A DNA stretch of 64,000 nucleotides from Pseudomonadales bacterium (GTDB taxonomy: Bacteria; Pseudomonadota; Gammaproteobacteria; Pseudomonadales; Azotimanducaceae): the NCBI GenBank assembly GCA_016779325.1, contig JADHNU010000003.1, forward strand, positions 14,874 through 78,873, in the 5' to 3' direction. How positions within the stretch are numbered: position 1 is the first letter of the stretch; each line of letters starts with the position of its first letter. This document shows positions 1-9,608 of the stretch, piece by piece. Position numbers and translations under genes: made by a program. The notes under the pieces were generated by a model. It did not search any database. It was not told the DNA's origin and saw only the letters and a program-made list of their open reading frames with translations.

Positions 1-26
1 GGCGGCTCGCCCTAGGGGAGCGACCC

Positions 27-803
27 ATGAACTCTACCGCAGACGCACCGATTGTTTTGGTCCTCGGCGCCGGCGCCGGCATTGGCGCCACCACCGCCGC
101 CCGCTTCGCCGCGGAGGGCTACCGCGCCGTACTGTGCCGCCGCACCGATCAAGCCGGGCTCGACGCCGCCGTGGACGCCATTCAGAACGCCGGCGGCTGG
201 GCCCAGGGCCACCTTCTCGACGCCACCGCTCCGGAAGCTCTGGAAGCGCTGATCGAAGAAACGGAAACACGGGTGGGGCCCATCGATACGGTGATCTTCA
301 ATCTCGGGGGGCAGATTGGCGATCGGTCCCTCGCGGACACCTCGACCAAAACCTTCGAGCGCGTTTGGCGTATGGCGGCCCTGTCTCTCTATCGCACGGC
401 CTATGCAGTTCTGCCGGTGATGGCGGCCCGGGGCCGGGGCAATCTATTTGTGACCGCCTCCACGGCGGCGCTGCGCGGCAATCCAGGGCAACATGCTCAT
501 GCTGCGGCCATGGGCGCGCGGCGCCTGCTTTGCCAGAGCCTCAACGCGGAATACGCCGCCCAGGGGATTCATGTTGCCCACCTTGTGGTGGATGGCGCCG
601 TGGATGCCCCCGATACACTGGGCAAGATGCTGGGGCCAGACCGCTTTGCCGCCCTGCGCGCGGCCAGGGGTGGGGAGGCGGGGGGCCTGATTAGCCCGGA
701 GGCCGTGGCCGAAACCTACCTCTACCTTGCTCGCCAGCCCCGCTCGAGCTGGACCTTTGAATTGGACCTCCGGTCCCACAGCGACCGCGCCTGGTGGAAC
801 TAG
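27..803 (+). CDS. SDR-family short-chain dehydrogenase/reductase (substrate unknown)
   Basis: 258-aa ORF. Rossmann glycine motif VLGAGAGIGA lies near the N-terminus and the length and layout are SDR-like. The canonical YxxxK is not obvious (the region reads HAAAM), so this may be an atypical SDR. Confidence 0.75.
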   Translation: MNSTADAPIVLVLGAGAGIGATTAARFAAEGYRAVLCRRTDQAGLDAAVDAIQNAGGWAQGHLLDATAPEALEALIEETETRVGPIDTVIFNLGGQIGDRSLADTSTKTFERVWRMAALSLYRTAYAVLPVMAARGRGNLFVTASTAALRGNPGQHAHAAAMGARRLLCQSLNAEYAAQGIHVAHLVVDGAVDAPDTLGKMLGPDRFAALRAARGGEAGGLISPEAVAETYLYLARQPRSSWTFELDLRSHSDRAWWN

Positions 804-1164
804 GCGCGGCGCCCCCGCGGCCCCGCGCCAAGGCCCAGAGCCCCTCGGCCAGCCCCCCCGATCCCTAAGGCCCAGCACCGCCGCAGGACCGGCGGTCATC
901 TGACGAAGGGCTTCTTAAACAGCAATGTGCCCGCAATCGCGCACCCCATCGCTCAGCAGAAACGTCTACCCGCCCGCATCCATGATTCGGGAGTGGAGAA
1001 CATAGGGAAGTTGAACAGGTCCCGACCCTTGCTTTCGAGGTTTATGCGGATAAAGGTCTGCACCCTTTTTCGTTTCCACGTAATTGGGAGGCCTCGCTAC
1101 GCCAAGGGGGAAAGCCTACTCCAGGGGCAGCTTCGCACCGAAGGCTTTGCCTTGCGGCGCAAGG

Positions 1165-1938
1165 CTAGCTCCGGCCGAAGTGATGAGCGAGGAGCGCCGC
1201 CACGTAGGCGGGGCGATAAAGCGGCGAGCCATGGCCCGTCATGGGCATGAGATGAAAGCGCGCCGAGGGCATCCAGGCCGCAATGCGCTGCGCCTCCTTG
1301 AGGTTCTCGTCGTAATCTCCGCAGGCCACCAGCGTGGGGGCTTGCACCGCACCCAGGGGCTCGGTGAGATCCGGCGCCCCCTCATGGGCCCGGTGTACCG
1401 CCGCGGCGCTCTCCCGATCCTCAAAGAAGCGCCAGTAACGCTGAGGCTTCGGCGGAGGCTGGCCCGCTGCCGTCAGCGCGGCCCGGGCGGCTTCCCCCAG
1501 CACCCCCTGGCGCCCCTGGTCGACCGGTGGACGCAAGGACACGTCAAAGAGCGCCAGCCCAGCCACGCGGGCCGGATGGCGCAGCGCGAAGGCGGCCGCC
1601 GTACGGGCGCCGTAGGCCACCCCCATCACAATGGCCGAGCCCAGGTCGTAATGGGCCAAAAGGGCGGCCAGATCGTCTGCGTACTGGTTGAAGGTGTATC
1701 CCTCCGGGTCTCCTCCGCTACTGCGTCCCATACCCCGTATATCGAACCGAAGCACCCGAAAGTGGGTGAGGAGATCGGCCATGAGCGGTTCCCACATGGT
1801 GAAGTTATGGCGGGCCATGGGAATAAGGGCGATTAGCGGTTTAAAGGGATCCCCTTCCAAAAGGCTATGGACTTCCGCCCCCGGTAAGGAAACGGTGGTA
1901 CCCAGTGTGTGGTAGGGCGTGGTGGGCTTTGCTGCCAT
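1165..1938 (-). CDS. alpha/beta-fold hydrolase family protein (nucleophile elbow reads G-V-A-Y-G)
   Basis: 257-aa ORF with an alpha/beta-hydrolase pattern (RFDIRGMGRS, elbow VMGVAYGA, later GDYDE and MTGHG). The codon at 1615-1617 is GCC (Ala) where the catalytic Ser is expected. Confidence 0.75.
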   Translation of the reverse strand: MAAKPTTPYHTLGTTVSLPGAEVHSLLEGDPFKPLIALIPMARHNFTMWEPLMADLLTHFRVLRFDIRGMGRSSGGDPEGYTFNQYADDLAALLAHYDLGSAIVMGVAYGARTAAAFALRHPARVAGLALFDVSLRPPVDQGRQGVLGEAARAALTAAGQPPPKPQRYWRFFEDRESAAAVHRAHEGAPDLTEPLGAVQAPTLVACGDYDENLKEAQRIAAWMPSARFHLMPMTGHGSPLYRPAYVAALLAHHFGRS

Positions 1939-2132
1939 GGGGAACGGCCTTTAAAACTTCGCGAAACCTAAGTGTACGGTAGGGCGACGGGACGCGCGCG
2001 TCTTTCACGGCCCTCAGGTCGCTTTCAACCGTTTCTTATATAAACGGTTTGATTTTGCTTATATAAGCCCTCCCTGCGACAGTGGGGCGCCGTCTAATAA
2101 GCCGGGCAGCCCAGGGCGCCTAATCGGGAGAT

Positions 2133-2160
2133 AAAAAAACCCGGCGGCGCCGGGTTTTTT
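2133..2160 (-). terminator. Rho-independent terminator downstream of the mvaT-like gene
   Basis: aaaaaaa-CCCGGC-ggc-GCCGGG-tttttt: a GC stem flanked by an A-tract and a T-tract, about 20 nt after the stop at 2182. Confidence 0.75.
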
Positions 2161-2181
2161 CAAAAACTGGGCCGCGCTGAT

Positions 2182-2529
2182 TTATTGCAGCCAGCCCTCG
2201 ACGACGTCATTGCCGTGCTGGGCTTTCCAAGCCTTAAGCACCTTGTGATTCCCACCGCGGGTTTCCACCTTCTCCCCCGTTTGAGGATTCAGATAAACCT
2301 TCATTTTACGCTGCCGGCGCCCCCCCGCTGGGGAGACGGGGCTGGCCTTGGCAGGCATCAAGGGAGCAAGGTCGGCGACGGATTTTCCGTACTTGGCTAA
2401 CAGCTGATTGAGCTCTTCAATGAAGGCCATTTCCTTTTGAACTTCTTCACTGGCCTTCATACGCTCAATATCGCGCTGCAGGCGCTCAAGTTCTTCCTGT
2501 TTCTTCTGAAGTTGGGCAAGACTGGTCAC
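2182..2529 (-). CDS. MvaT/MvaU-type H-NS-like nucleoid-associated protein
   Basis: 115-aa ORF. It has an N-terminal coiled-coil-like region (LQKKQEELERLQRDIERMK) and a C-terminal YLNPQTGEKVETRGGNHKVLKAWKAQHG, which matches the MvaT-family DNA-binding motif as I recall it. GTG start with an AGAGGGG RBS. The gene sits in an AT-rich pocket. Confidence 0.8.
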   Translation of the reverse strand: MTSLAQLQKKQEELERLQRDIERMKASEEVQKEMAFIEELNQLLAKYGKSVADLAPLMPAKASPVSPAGGRRQRKMKVYLNPQTGEKVETRGGNHKVLKAWKAQHGNDVVEGWLQ

Positions 2530-2712
2530 GCAAATACCCCTCTAAGTTGATGACCGTCTATTTATAACCGATTACTTATAAAATGCAAATAGTTTAATCA
2601 AAGGGAGAGGGAATATTACAACGAAAAGTTCTACTCCCCCTTAAGACCAGGACGAATTTAGGAAAACTCGAAGTTTTAAGCCCTAACTAAGCGCTTATTT
2701 AGGATTAATTAA

Positions 2713-2742
2713 CAGCGCCAGAGGCCCAGGGCCCTGGCGCTG
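2713..2742 (-). terminator. Hairpin terminator downstream of comEA
   Basis: Perfect 9-bp arms CAGCGCCAG/CTGGCGCTG with inner GGCCC/GGGCC pairing. On the minus strand it is followed by the AU-rich run UUAAUUAAUCCUAAAUAA. It lies about 10 nt after the comEA stop. Confidence 0.6.
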
Positions 2743-2753
2743 CCTTACGCCCC

Positions 2754-3074
2754 TTAGGGGTCGCTTAGGGTAAGCCGCTCGAGGTTGTCATCAACGGTGT
2801 TAAGACCAATGCCCCGAACATTGGCAAGTTCATCAATCGTGCGAAAGCCGCCATGCTCCGCGCGATAGGCCACGATGGCCGCCGCTTTTTGCACGCCCAC
2901 ACCCTTCAAGGCCTGGGCCAGGGTTTCTGCATCCGCCGTATTGATATCCACTTTATGAGACGCGGTCGGCGCTGGGTTGGCGTCAGCAGGCGCCCCCAGC
3001 ACAGGAAAGGCTAGGGCCAGAAGGCCAAGAACAAGCATGCGGGCCAGGGTTGGGCCAGACTGAATCGATTTCAT
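2754..3074 (-). CDS. comEA: ComEA-family helix-hairpin-helix DNA-binding protein (secreted)
   Basis: Signal peptide MKSIQSGPTLARMLVLGLLALAFPVLGAPA, followed by tandem HhH motifs (INTADAETLAQALKGVGVQKAAAIVAYRAEHGGFRTIDELANVRGIG). The start is set at the internal ATG (cat at 3072-3074) rather than the ORF-track start at 3125. Confidence 0.85.
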   Translation of the reverse strand: MKSIQSGPTLARMLVLGLLALAFPVLGAPADANPAPTASHKVDINTADAETLAQALKGVGVQKAAAIVAYRAEHGGFRTIDELANVRGIGLNTVDDNLERLTLSDP

Positions 3075-3209
3075 GGGTCGCTCCTTGTGTAAATGGACGC
3101 CCCGAAGGGGCCGATTCAGGGTCAAGGAGTACGCGGCGACCGGTAAGACGCCATAACAGACAGGGGCGACAGCCAGAACCGCGAAGGAGGAGCGCCGTCT
3201 CCCTAGGCC

Positions 3210-3479
3210 CTAGGAGGCTGCATCGCCCGGAAGGCTTCGCGCAAGCTTACGAAGCGCATAGCGCGCCCGAAGCGTACCGACCCCCGCTACGGCATAGCCG
3301 AGGAGTAATCCGGTCAACAGAGCGCCAAAGAGCCAGAGAAGCAAAGGTGCAGAGGGGCTGGTCCAGGTCAGAACGGTGAGGGCCACATCCGCCGAATTGT
3401 CCATACCCAGAAGCAGGCCAAAGCCTAAAAGAAGCAGTGCGGCAGCCCCATAAACCAGAAGGGCCAAGGCGCGCAGCAT
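3210..3479 (-). CDS. lapA: LapA-family small inner-membrane protein (LPS assembly protein A-like)
   Basis: 89-aa two-TM protein immediately downstream of ihfB (stop/start abutting). This position and topology match lapA/yciS in Gammaproteobacteria. Confidence 0.65.
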   Translation of the reverse strand: MLRALALLVYGAAALLLLGFGLLLGMDNSADVALTVLTWTSPSAPLLLWLFGALLTGLLLGYAVAGVGTLRARYALRKLARSLPGDAAS

Positions 3480-3793
3480 TAGGCTTCCGCTGCCGGCTCG
3501 GGATGGGTGAGGAGGCTGGCGTTCACGCGATCACGCAGCTCCTTGCCGGGCTTGAAGTGAGGCACGTGCTTGCCGCTAAGGCCGACGGCTTCACCGGTTT
3601 TCGGGTTTCGCCCAACCCGAGGCGCCCGATAGTGGAGGGAAAAGCTGCCGAAACCCCGGATCTCGATGCGCTCCCCCGTTGCGAGGGTCTGCGCCATTTG
3701 CTCGATCATGGTCTTCACCGCCAGCTCGACGTCCTTCGCCGAAAGCTGGCTCTGCCGGGCGACGATGCGCTCGATCAGCTCAGATTTGGTCAT
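3479..3793 (-). CDS. ihfB: Integration host factor beta subunit
   Basis: [10 protein letters not shown]...[28 protein letters not shown]...[13 protein letters not shown] is the unmistakable IHF-beta/HU fold signature. The gene follows rpsA as in other Gammaproteobacteria. Confidence 0.95.
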   Translation of the reverse strand: MTKSELIERIVARQSQLSAKDVELAVKTMIEQMAQTLATGERIEIRGFGSFSLHYRAPRVGRNPKTGEAVGLSGKHVPHFKPGKELRDRVNASLLTHPEPAAEA

Positions 3794-3935
3794 GTCCCCT
3801 CACCCCAACAGCGGCTGGCGAGCGCCAGCACACTCATCATTACGAAAATCAGTAGCTTAGAAAAGCTAGCATAGGCTTCTAGGGCACTCAACGGGGCCCG
3901 CGCGCTCCGAAAGAGGAACGCGCGGGCAACCGGGC

Positions 3936-5618
3936 TTAGCTGCCTTGCTGATCCATTTCCTTACGGATCAGATCGCCGATGGTGGTGGCCGCCGTGCTTT
4001 CCTGCTCGCGCTCCTTGTGCTCGCGCATGGCCTCCCGCTCATCTTCCACGTCCTTCGCCTTCACGGACAGGTTCAAGGTGCGGTTCTTGCGATCGACAGC
4101 GGTGATTTTCACCTCGACCTCATCCCCTTCCTTGAGCACGCTCCGCGCGTCGTCCACTCGCTCCTGGGACAGCTCGGAGGCGCGCAGCACCCCTTCCACT
4201 TCCTCGGCGAGCTTCACGATTGCTTCCTTCTCGCTGACTTCCGTCACCGTGCCGGTCACGATGGCGCCGCGATCATTGACCGCCACGTACTCGTTGAAGG
4301 GGTCATCCTCAAGCTGCTTGATGCCAAGGGAAATGCGCTCCCGCTCGGGGTCGATCGCCAGCACCACGGTGGTGACTTCCTGACCCTTCTGGTAGTTGCG
4401 CACCGCCTGCTCTCCCGTGTCGTTCCAGGAGATGTCGGAAAGGTGCACCAGGCCATCGATGCCACCGTCGAGACCAATGAAGATCCCGAAGTCCGTGATG
4501 GACTTGATGGTGCCGGTGATCTTGTCGCCCTTGCCGAAGCTGGCGGAGAACTGCTCCCAGGGGTTCATCTGGGTTTGCTTGATGCCCAGGGAGATGCGGC
4601 GACGATCTTCGTCGATATCGAGGATCATCACCTTCACATCGTCACCCACCTGCACCACCTTGGAGGGATGGATGTTCTTGTTCGTCCAATCCATCTCGGA
4701 GACGTGCACCAGACCTTCGACGCCCTCTTCGATCTCCACGAAGCAGCCGTAGTCCGTGAGGTTCGTGACCTTCCCTTCCACCACGTGGTTTTCCGGGTAC
4801 CGGGCCTTGATTTCCACCCAGGGATCTTCCCCAAGCTGCTTGAGCCCCAGGGAAACGCGCTGACGATCGCGGTCGAACTTGAGCACGCGGACGCGGATTT
4901 CATCGCCTACATTAACGATTTCGCTCGGGTGCTTGATGCGGCGCCACGCCATATCGGTGATGTGCAGTAGACCGTCGACGCCGCCGAGGTCCACAAACGC
5001 GCCGTAATCCGTGAGGTTCTTGACGATACCCTTGAGATCCATGCCTTCGGCGAGGGAGGTGAGCAGCGCTTCCCGCTCAACGGAGTTTTCTTCTTCGAGC
5101 ACGGCCCGGCGCGATACCACAACGTTATTGCGGCGCTGGTCGAGCTTGATGACCTTGAATTCGAGTTCCTTGCCCTCGAGGTGGCCCACTTCGCGCACGG
5201 GGCGCATGTCCACCAGGGAGCCCGGCAGGAAGGCCCGGATGCCGTCGATGTCGACGGTGAAACCGCCCTTAACCTTGCCTTGGAGGAAGCCTGGGATCTT
5301 CTTGCTGCCTTCGAAGGCCTCTTCCAGCACCATCCATACTTCGGCGCGGCGAGCCTTTTCCCGGGACAGGCGGGTTTCCCCAAAGCCATCGTCCACCGCT
5401 TCCATGGCCACCTTCACCTGATCGCCGATGGATAGATCGAAGTTCCCTTTTTCGTCGACGAACTGGGACCGGGGGATAACGCCCTCAGACTTCAGGCCCG
5501 CATGGACCGTCACCCAATCTTCATCGATATCGACAATGGTTCCCGTGACAATGGCACCGGGCTCCATCTCGACGGCCTTTAGGCTTTCCTCAAATAGTTC
5601 CGCGAAGCTTTCGCTCAT
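3936..5618 (-). CDS. rpsA: 30S ribosomal protein S1
   Basis: Six S1-domain repeats. The true start is [14 protein letters not shown] (cat at 5616-5618). The 69 upstream residues in the ORF track are an R/G/P-rich read-through of the leader. Confidence 0.97.
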   Translation of the reverse strand: MSESFAELFEESLKAVEMEPGAIVTGTIVDIDEDWVTVHAGLKSEGVIPRSQFVDEKGNFDLSIGDQVKVAMEAVDDGFGETRLSREKARRAEVWMVLEEAFEGSKKIPGFLQGKVKGGFTVDIDGIRAFLPGSLVDMRPVREVGHLEGKELEFKVIKLDQRRNNVVVSRRAVLEEENSVEREALLTSLAEGMDLKGIVKNLTDYGAFVDLGGVDGLLHITDMAWRRIKHPSEIVNVGDEIRVRVLKFDRDRQRVSLGLKQLGEDPWVEIKARYPENHVVEGKVTNLTDYGCFVEIEEGVEGLVHVSEMDWTNKNIHPSKVVQVGDDVKVMILDIDEDRRRISLGIKQTQMNPWEQFSASFGKGDKITGTIKSITDFGIFIGLDGGIDGLVHLSDISWNDTGEQAVRNYQKGQEVTTVVLAIDPERERISLGIKQLEDDPFNEYVAVNDRGAIVTGTVTEVSEKEAIVKLAEEVEGVLRASELSQERVDDARSVLKEGDEVEVKITAVDRKNRTLNLSVKAKDVEDEREAMREHKEREQESTAATTIGDLIRKEMDQQGS

Positions 5619-5653
5619 TAGGTAACAACCTCGTTGACTCGGGCTTGCGCCCT

Positions 5654-5752
5654 CAGCACCACCAGCCTGGTGCTGTCTGCTCACATTGCCTAGCCCGTGA
5701 CTCGGCTGGGATCGGTCACGGCGGGCTAGGCCCAAAGGCCGGCAAGCCGGCA
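5654..5752 (-). promoter_or_regulatory. Structured cmk-rpsA intergenic leader (three stem-loops)
   Basis: Three hairpins: 8-bp stem CAGCACCA/TGGTGCTG (5654-5675); long imperfect stem CCTAGCCCGTGAC/GTCACGGCGGGCTAGG (5689-5730); GCCGGC-aa-GCCGGC (5738-5751). E. coli rpsA is known to have a multi-hairpin autoregulated leader. Functional equivalence here is inference. Confidence 0.4.
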
Positions 5753-5769
5753 AGTTCCGTTTGGTCAGG

Positions 5770-6471
5770 CTAGGCGCCCAGGCCTCGCCGGAGGGCGACG
5801 CGCCAAACCACCTCAAAAACCTCATCGATGGACAAGGCGGTGGAATCGATCACCAGTGCGTCCTCCGCGGGGCGCAGAGGCGCCGCGGCGCGCGCTTGGT
5901 CGCGCTCATCCCGGGTCCGGATGCTTTCCAAAAGGGCGCGGAGATTAGCATCTAAGCCCTTTTCTATCAACTGCTTATAGCGGCGCTCGGCGCGCGCTGG
6001 GGCGCTTGCGGAGAGGAAAATCTTCAAAGGGGCATCGGGGAAGACCACCGTGCCCATATCCCGCCCATCGGCAATCAACCCCGGCGCCTGGCGGAAGGCG
6101 CGCTGCCGCTCAAGCAGCGCCGCGCGCACCGCGGGGAGGGCCGCAACCTGAGAGGCCGCCTGCCCGGCGGCATCCGTGCGAATGGCCAAGGAGACGTCCT
6201 CATCCTGAAGGAAAACCCCGCCGCCGGGGCTAAAGCGCAGGGGCAAGTCGCGCGCCAGCGCCGCCAGGGCCGCTTCCTCCTCGAGGTCCACGCCGCCCTG
6301 GGTCGCTGCGAAGGCGAGGACGCGATACAGCGCGCCGGAATCCAGCAAATGCCAGTTCAAGCGCCGTGCCAGGGCTTCACAAAGGGTGCCCTTCCCCGCA
6401 CCGCTGGGTCCATCGATCGCCAGCACGGGGGGCGCGGTCGGCGCCTCCTTAAACATCATGATTGGCTCCAA
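5770..6471 (-). CDS. cmk: Cytidylate kinase
   Basis: P-loop [11 protein letters not shown], then LLDSGALYR; conserved position between tyrA and rpsA. The start is uncertain (Met codons at 6471, 6459, 6456) and overlaps the tyrA 3' end. Confidence 0.93.
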   Translation of the reverse strand: MEPIMMFKEAPTAPPVLAIDGPSGAGKGTLCEALARRLNWHLLDSGALYRVLAFAATQGGVDLEEEAALAALARDLPLRFSPGGGVFLQDEDVSLAIRTDAAGQAASQVAALPAVRAALLERQRAFRQAPGLIADGRDMGTVVFPDAPLKIFLSASAPARAERRYKQLIEKGLDANLRALLESIRTRDERDQARAAAPLRPAEDALVIDSTALSIDEVFEVVWRVALRRGLGA

Positions 6472-7321
6472 AACTTTCCCTCAGCGCCGCATCGCGCACG
6501 GCGCGGGCGCGGGCGATGGCGTCAAAAAGGGCTTGTCCATCCCGGGCCGCTATGGCGCTGCGGAACGCGCCCAGGGTGTCCTCGAACCGATCTAGGGCCT
6601 CAAGCAGGGCAGGACCATTGCTGCTGAAGATCTGCGACCACATGGTGGGGTCGGAGCCGGCAATACGGGTGAAATCCCGGAACCCCCCCGCCACCAGGCG
6701 GTAGATCGCTTCCCGGTGAGGATCAGCGCCCAAGGCATCGACCAAGGCGAAGGCCAAGAGATGAGGCAGGTGGCTGGTGCGGGCGAGCACGGCGTCGTGG
6801 GCGGCAATGGTCATGGTTTCCACCGTGGCGCCCAGGGCCTGCCAAAGGCCCTCGACCCGCGCGACAGCAGCGGGATCGGTGCCTTCGTTTGGCGTAAGTA
6901 CCACACGGCGCCCCTGAAAAAGCGCCGCCTGGCTGGCCGCCATGCCACTGCGCTCCGACCCCGCGATGGGGTGACCAAGAACCACCCGGGCCTGCAACGC
7001 CGGCGCCAGCGTTTCTAGGGCCTGGGCCAGGGGGGCCTTCACGCTGGCGACGTCCGTCACCGTCGCCCCCGCGGCGAGGGCCGGGGTCAAAGTGGGCAAA
7101 AGCGCTGCCGCCGCGGCCGTGGGCACGGCCAGGACGATCAGGTCATCGGGCGTAAAGGCCGCGGGCCACCCTACCCCATCAAACACCCCGGAGGCCTCGG
7201 CCTCCGCCTGGGCGGCGGGATCGGCATCACTCCCCCAGAGCGCCCAGGCGCTTTCCCGGGCCCGAAGGCCCCGCGCAATGGAACCCCCAATGAGGCCCGT
7301 ACCGACAACCAGAACCCGCAC
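6449..7321 (-). CDS. tyrA: Prephenate/arogenate dehydrogenase (stand-alone, not fused to EPSP synthase)
   Basis: N-terminal Rossmann motif [19 protein letters not shown] and the [13 protein letters not shown] motif. The gene lies within the serC-pheA-hisC-tyrA block. Confidence 0.88.
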   Translation of the reverse strand: MRVLVVGTGLIGGSIARGLRARESAWALWGSDADPAAQAEAEASGVFDGVGWPAAFTPDDLIVLAVPTAAAAALLPTLTPALAAGATVTDVASVKAPLAQALETLAPALQARVVLGHPIAGSERSGMAASQAALFQGRRVVLTPNEGTDPAAVARVEGLWQALGATVETMTIAAHDAVLARTSHLPHLLAFALVDALGADPHREAIYRLVAGGFRDFTRIAGSDPTMWSQIFSSNGPALLEALDRFEDTLGAFRSAIAARDGQALFDAIARARAVRDAALRESFGANHDV

Positions 7322-7325
7322 TCGC

Positions 7326-8459
7326 CTAGGCCGCCAAACGACCGTGCACGCGGTCGAAGCTTTCGAGGAAGCGGGCCATTTCCTCCGCCAGTCCGACGCT
7401 CACCCGAAGGTGGGCCCCAAGGCCGTAGCCGGCTACAGGGCGGACGATGACCCCTTCCCGAAGCAGCGCGTCGTAGTAGGCCCCAGCGGCGCCCACCTCG
7501 ATGGTTAGAAAGTTCCCCGCGCTTGGGATGTAGGGCACGCCCCGGGCGCGCATAGCCGCCTCAAGGGCGGCAAGGCCCTCCGCATTCAGACGCCGGCTCT
7601 CGGCGACGTAGGCGACGTCGTCCAGCGCCGCCAAGCCCCCGGCGAGGGCTAAGCTATTTACATTAAAGGGCTGGCGCAGACGATTGAGCAGACTCACCAG
7701 CTCCGGTGCCGCCACGGCATAGCCGAGGCGCAGGGCGGCTAGGCCGTAGATCTTCGAAAAGGTTCGCGTGACCACCAGGTTCGGGAAGCGGTCGAGCAAG
7801 GACAGCGCTGTCGTCGCCGGGGCCTCGTGGTGGTATTCGCAGTAGGCCTCGTCCACGACGACCAGGACGTCCGAGGGGACGGCCTCGAGCAAGGTTTCGA
7901 TCTCCTGCAGGGAGGCCACCGTGCCCGTGGGGTTGTTGGGGTTGGCAATAAACATCAGCCGCGTCGTGTCATCCACCGCGGCGGCCATGGCGGGGAGATC
8001 GTGGCCGTAGGCCACGGAGGGGACGGCACGCACCTGCCCACCGGCCCCCGCAATGGCTAAGGGGTAAACCACGAAGGCGTGCTGGTCGATGACCCCCGTG
8101 GTGCCCGGTGCCAGGAAGACCCGGGCAATCAGTTCGAGCACATCGTTAGATCCATTGCCCAGGAGGATTTGATCCGGGTGAACCCCCTGTAAGGCGGCCA
8201 GCCGCTCTCGAAAGCGGAAGGCACTGCCGTCGGGGTAGCGGGAAAGATCGGCTGCACCGTGGGCGAGCGCCGCTCGTACGGCTTCCCCAGGCCCCCGGGG
8301 ATTCTCATTGCTCGCGAGCTTAACCGCCCCGCGAATGCCAAGCTCTCGCTCCAAGGTTTCCAGCGGTTTCCCGGGTTCATAGGGGTGCATAGCCCGAATC
8401 TCTGGCCGGGCTCGCTGAAGAAGCGCATCAAGAACCGGTGCTGCCATGCTTGCTGCCAT
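7326..8459 (-). CDS. hisC: Histidinol-phosphate/aromatic aminotransferase (class II)
   Basis: 377 aa with LASNENP, GNGSNDVL and TRTFSKIYGLAALRLGY (PLP-lysine region), positioned between pheA and tyrA. Confidence 0.9.
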   Translation of the reverse strand: MAASMAAPVLDALLQRARPEIRAMHPYEPGKPLETLERELGIRGAVKLASNENPRGPGEAVRAALAHGAADLSRYPDGSAFRFRERLAALQGVHPDQILLGNGSNDVLELIARVFLAPGTTGVIDQHAFVVYPLAIAGAGGQVRAVPSVAYGHDLPAMAAAVDDTTRLMFIANPNNPTGTVASLQEIETLLEAVPSDVLVVVDEAYCEYHHEAPATTALSLLDRFPNLVVTRTFSKIYGLAALRLGYAVAAPELVSLLNRLRQPFNVNSLALAGGLAALDDVAYVAESRRLNAEGLAALEAAMRARGVPYIPSAGNFLTIEVGAAGAYYDALLREGVIVRPVAGYGLGAHLRVSVGLAEEMARFLESFDRVHGRLAA

Positions 8460-8483
8460 CCTTTTAACTGAGAGTCTGTGGGG

Positions 8484-9608
8484 CTAGCGCGCGGGCCGGG
8501 GATAGGACCCAAGGATCCGCAGATCCACGGCACGCTCGCCGAGCTGGGCCAGCACGTCGGCCACCTCGGGCTGCGCCTGGTGGCCTTCTAGATCGATGAA
8601 AAAGGCATAGGTCCACTGGCCTCGCCGCGCTGGACGCGACTCCACGCGAAGCAAGTTCAGCCCCGCCTGACCAAAGAGTTCCAGTACCCGGAGCAAGGCC
8701 CCGGGCTCATTCTTCGTGGTGACGACGAGGGACGTGCGATCATCCCCCGAAGGGGGCACGGGCTGGCGCCCTAGCACAAAAAAGCGCGTGCAGTTGTCTG
8801 CCGCGTCTTCCACGCAGCGCGCCTCGGCGCGTAGCCCGTAACGCGCCTGAGCCGGATCACCGGCGAGGGCCGCTACGGTGGGATCGCCAGCGGCACGGGC
8901 GGCGGCCTCTCCGTTACTGGCCGCGGGCACCCGGGTGAGCGCAGGCCAATGCCGATCGAGCCATCCCCGACATTGAGCGAGGGATTGGGGGTGGGACCAC
9001 ACGGCCGTCAGCCCCTCGAGGGTCGCCTCGGGATGCAGCAGAAAATGCTGGTGAATAGGCAGCTCGAGCTCCCCAACGATCACCAGGGGCGTGGCCAGCA
9101 GCGCATCCAGGGACTGATTCACGACCCCTTCCGTGGAGTTCTCCACGGGCACCACGCCAAAATCGGCGCCGCCGGCCTCCACCGTGCGAAACACCTCCGT
9201 AATGGACGTCGCCGGAGCAAAGGCGGCGAACTGACCAAAGTGCCGCACCGCCGCTTGCTCCGTGAAGGTGCCCTCGGGCCCGAGATAGGCCACCCGCTGA
9301 GGCTGTTCCAGGGCAAGGCAGGCCGACATCACTTCCCGGAAAAGGCCGACGACCATGTCGTCTGGGAGGGGACCGGCGTTGGCCTCGCGGAGGCGCGCCA
9401 GCACTGCAGCCTCCCGCTCGGGGCGGAAAAACTGCGGCGGGGCGGAGCCATCGCTCGGCGCCTGGCGCCGCTTGACCTCGGCCACCGCTTCCGCGGCTCG
9501 CGCCCGCGCGTTGAGGCGCTCAAGCAATTCGAGATCGAGACGATCGATCTCTGCCCGGAGCGTTTCAAGCGTCTGAGCGCCCTCGGGCGCAGCCCCGGCC
9601 TCAGCCAT
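8484..9608 (-). CDS. pheA: Bifunctional chorismate mutase / prephenate dehydratase (P-protein)
   Basis: N-terminal CM domain (LRAEIDRLDLELLERLNARA), PDT domain (VAYLGPEGTFTEQAA) and a C-terminal ACT domain with the ESRP motif. Confidence 0.93.
   Translation of the reverse strand: MAEAGAAPEGAQTLETLRAEIDRLDLELLERLNARARAAEAVAEVKRRQAPSDGSAPPQFFRPEREAAVLARLREANAGPLPDDMVVGLFREVMSACLALEQPQRVAYLGPEGTFTEQAAVRHFGQFAAFAPATSITEVFRTVEAGGADFGVVPVENSTEGVVNQSLDALLATPLVIVGELELPIHQHFLLHPEATLEGLTAVWSHPQSLAQCRGWLDRHWPALTRVPAASNGEAAARAAGDPTVAALAGDPAQARYGLRAEARCVEDAADNCTRFFVLGRQPVPPSGDDRTSLVVTTKNEPGALLRVLELFGQAGLNLLRVESRPARRGQWTYAFFIDLEGHQAQPEVADVLAQLGERAVDLRILGSYPRPAR

Noticed and set aside
5619-5825. N-terminal extensions in the ORF track: rpsA 629 aa, DUF3108 365 aa, nth 324 aa, ClC 670 aa, NhaP 852 aa, ppiA 253 aa, ubiG 267 aa, TetR 251 aa, apbC 392 aa.
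   Set aside because: In each case the conserved protein begins at an internal Met, with an RBS or translational coupling to the upstream gene. The extension is low-complexity R/P/G-rich or overlaps the neighbouring gene. Starts were trimmed accordingly.
5770-7321. Absence of aroA (EPSP synthase) between tyrA and cmk. It is fused or adjacent there in many Gammaproteobacteria.
   Set aside because: This is a synteny variation only. tyrA and cmk overlap directly, so nothing is missing or decayed at this locus, and aroA is presumably elsewhere.
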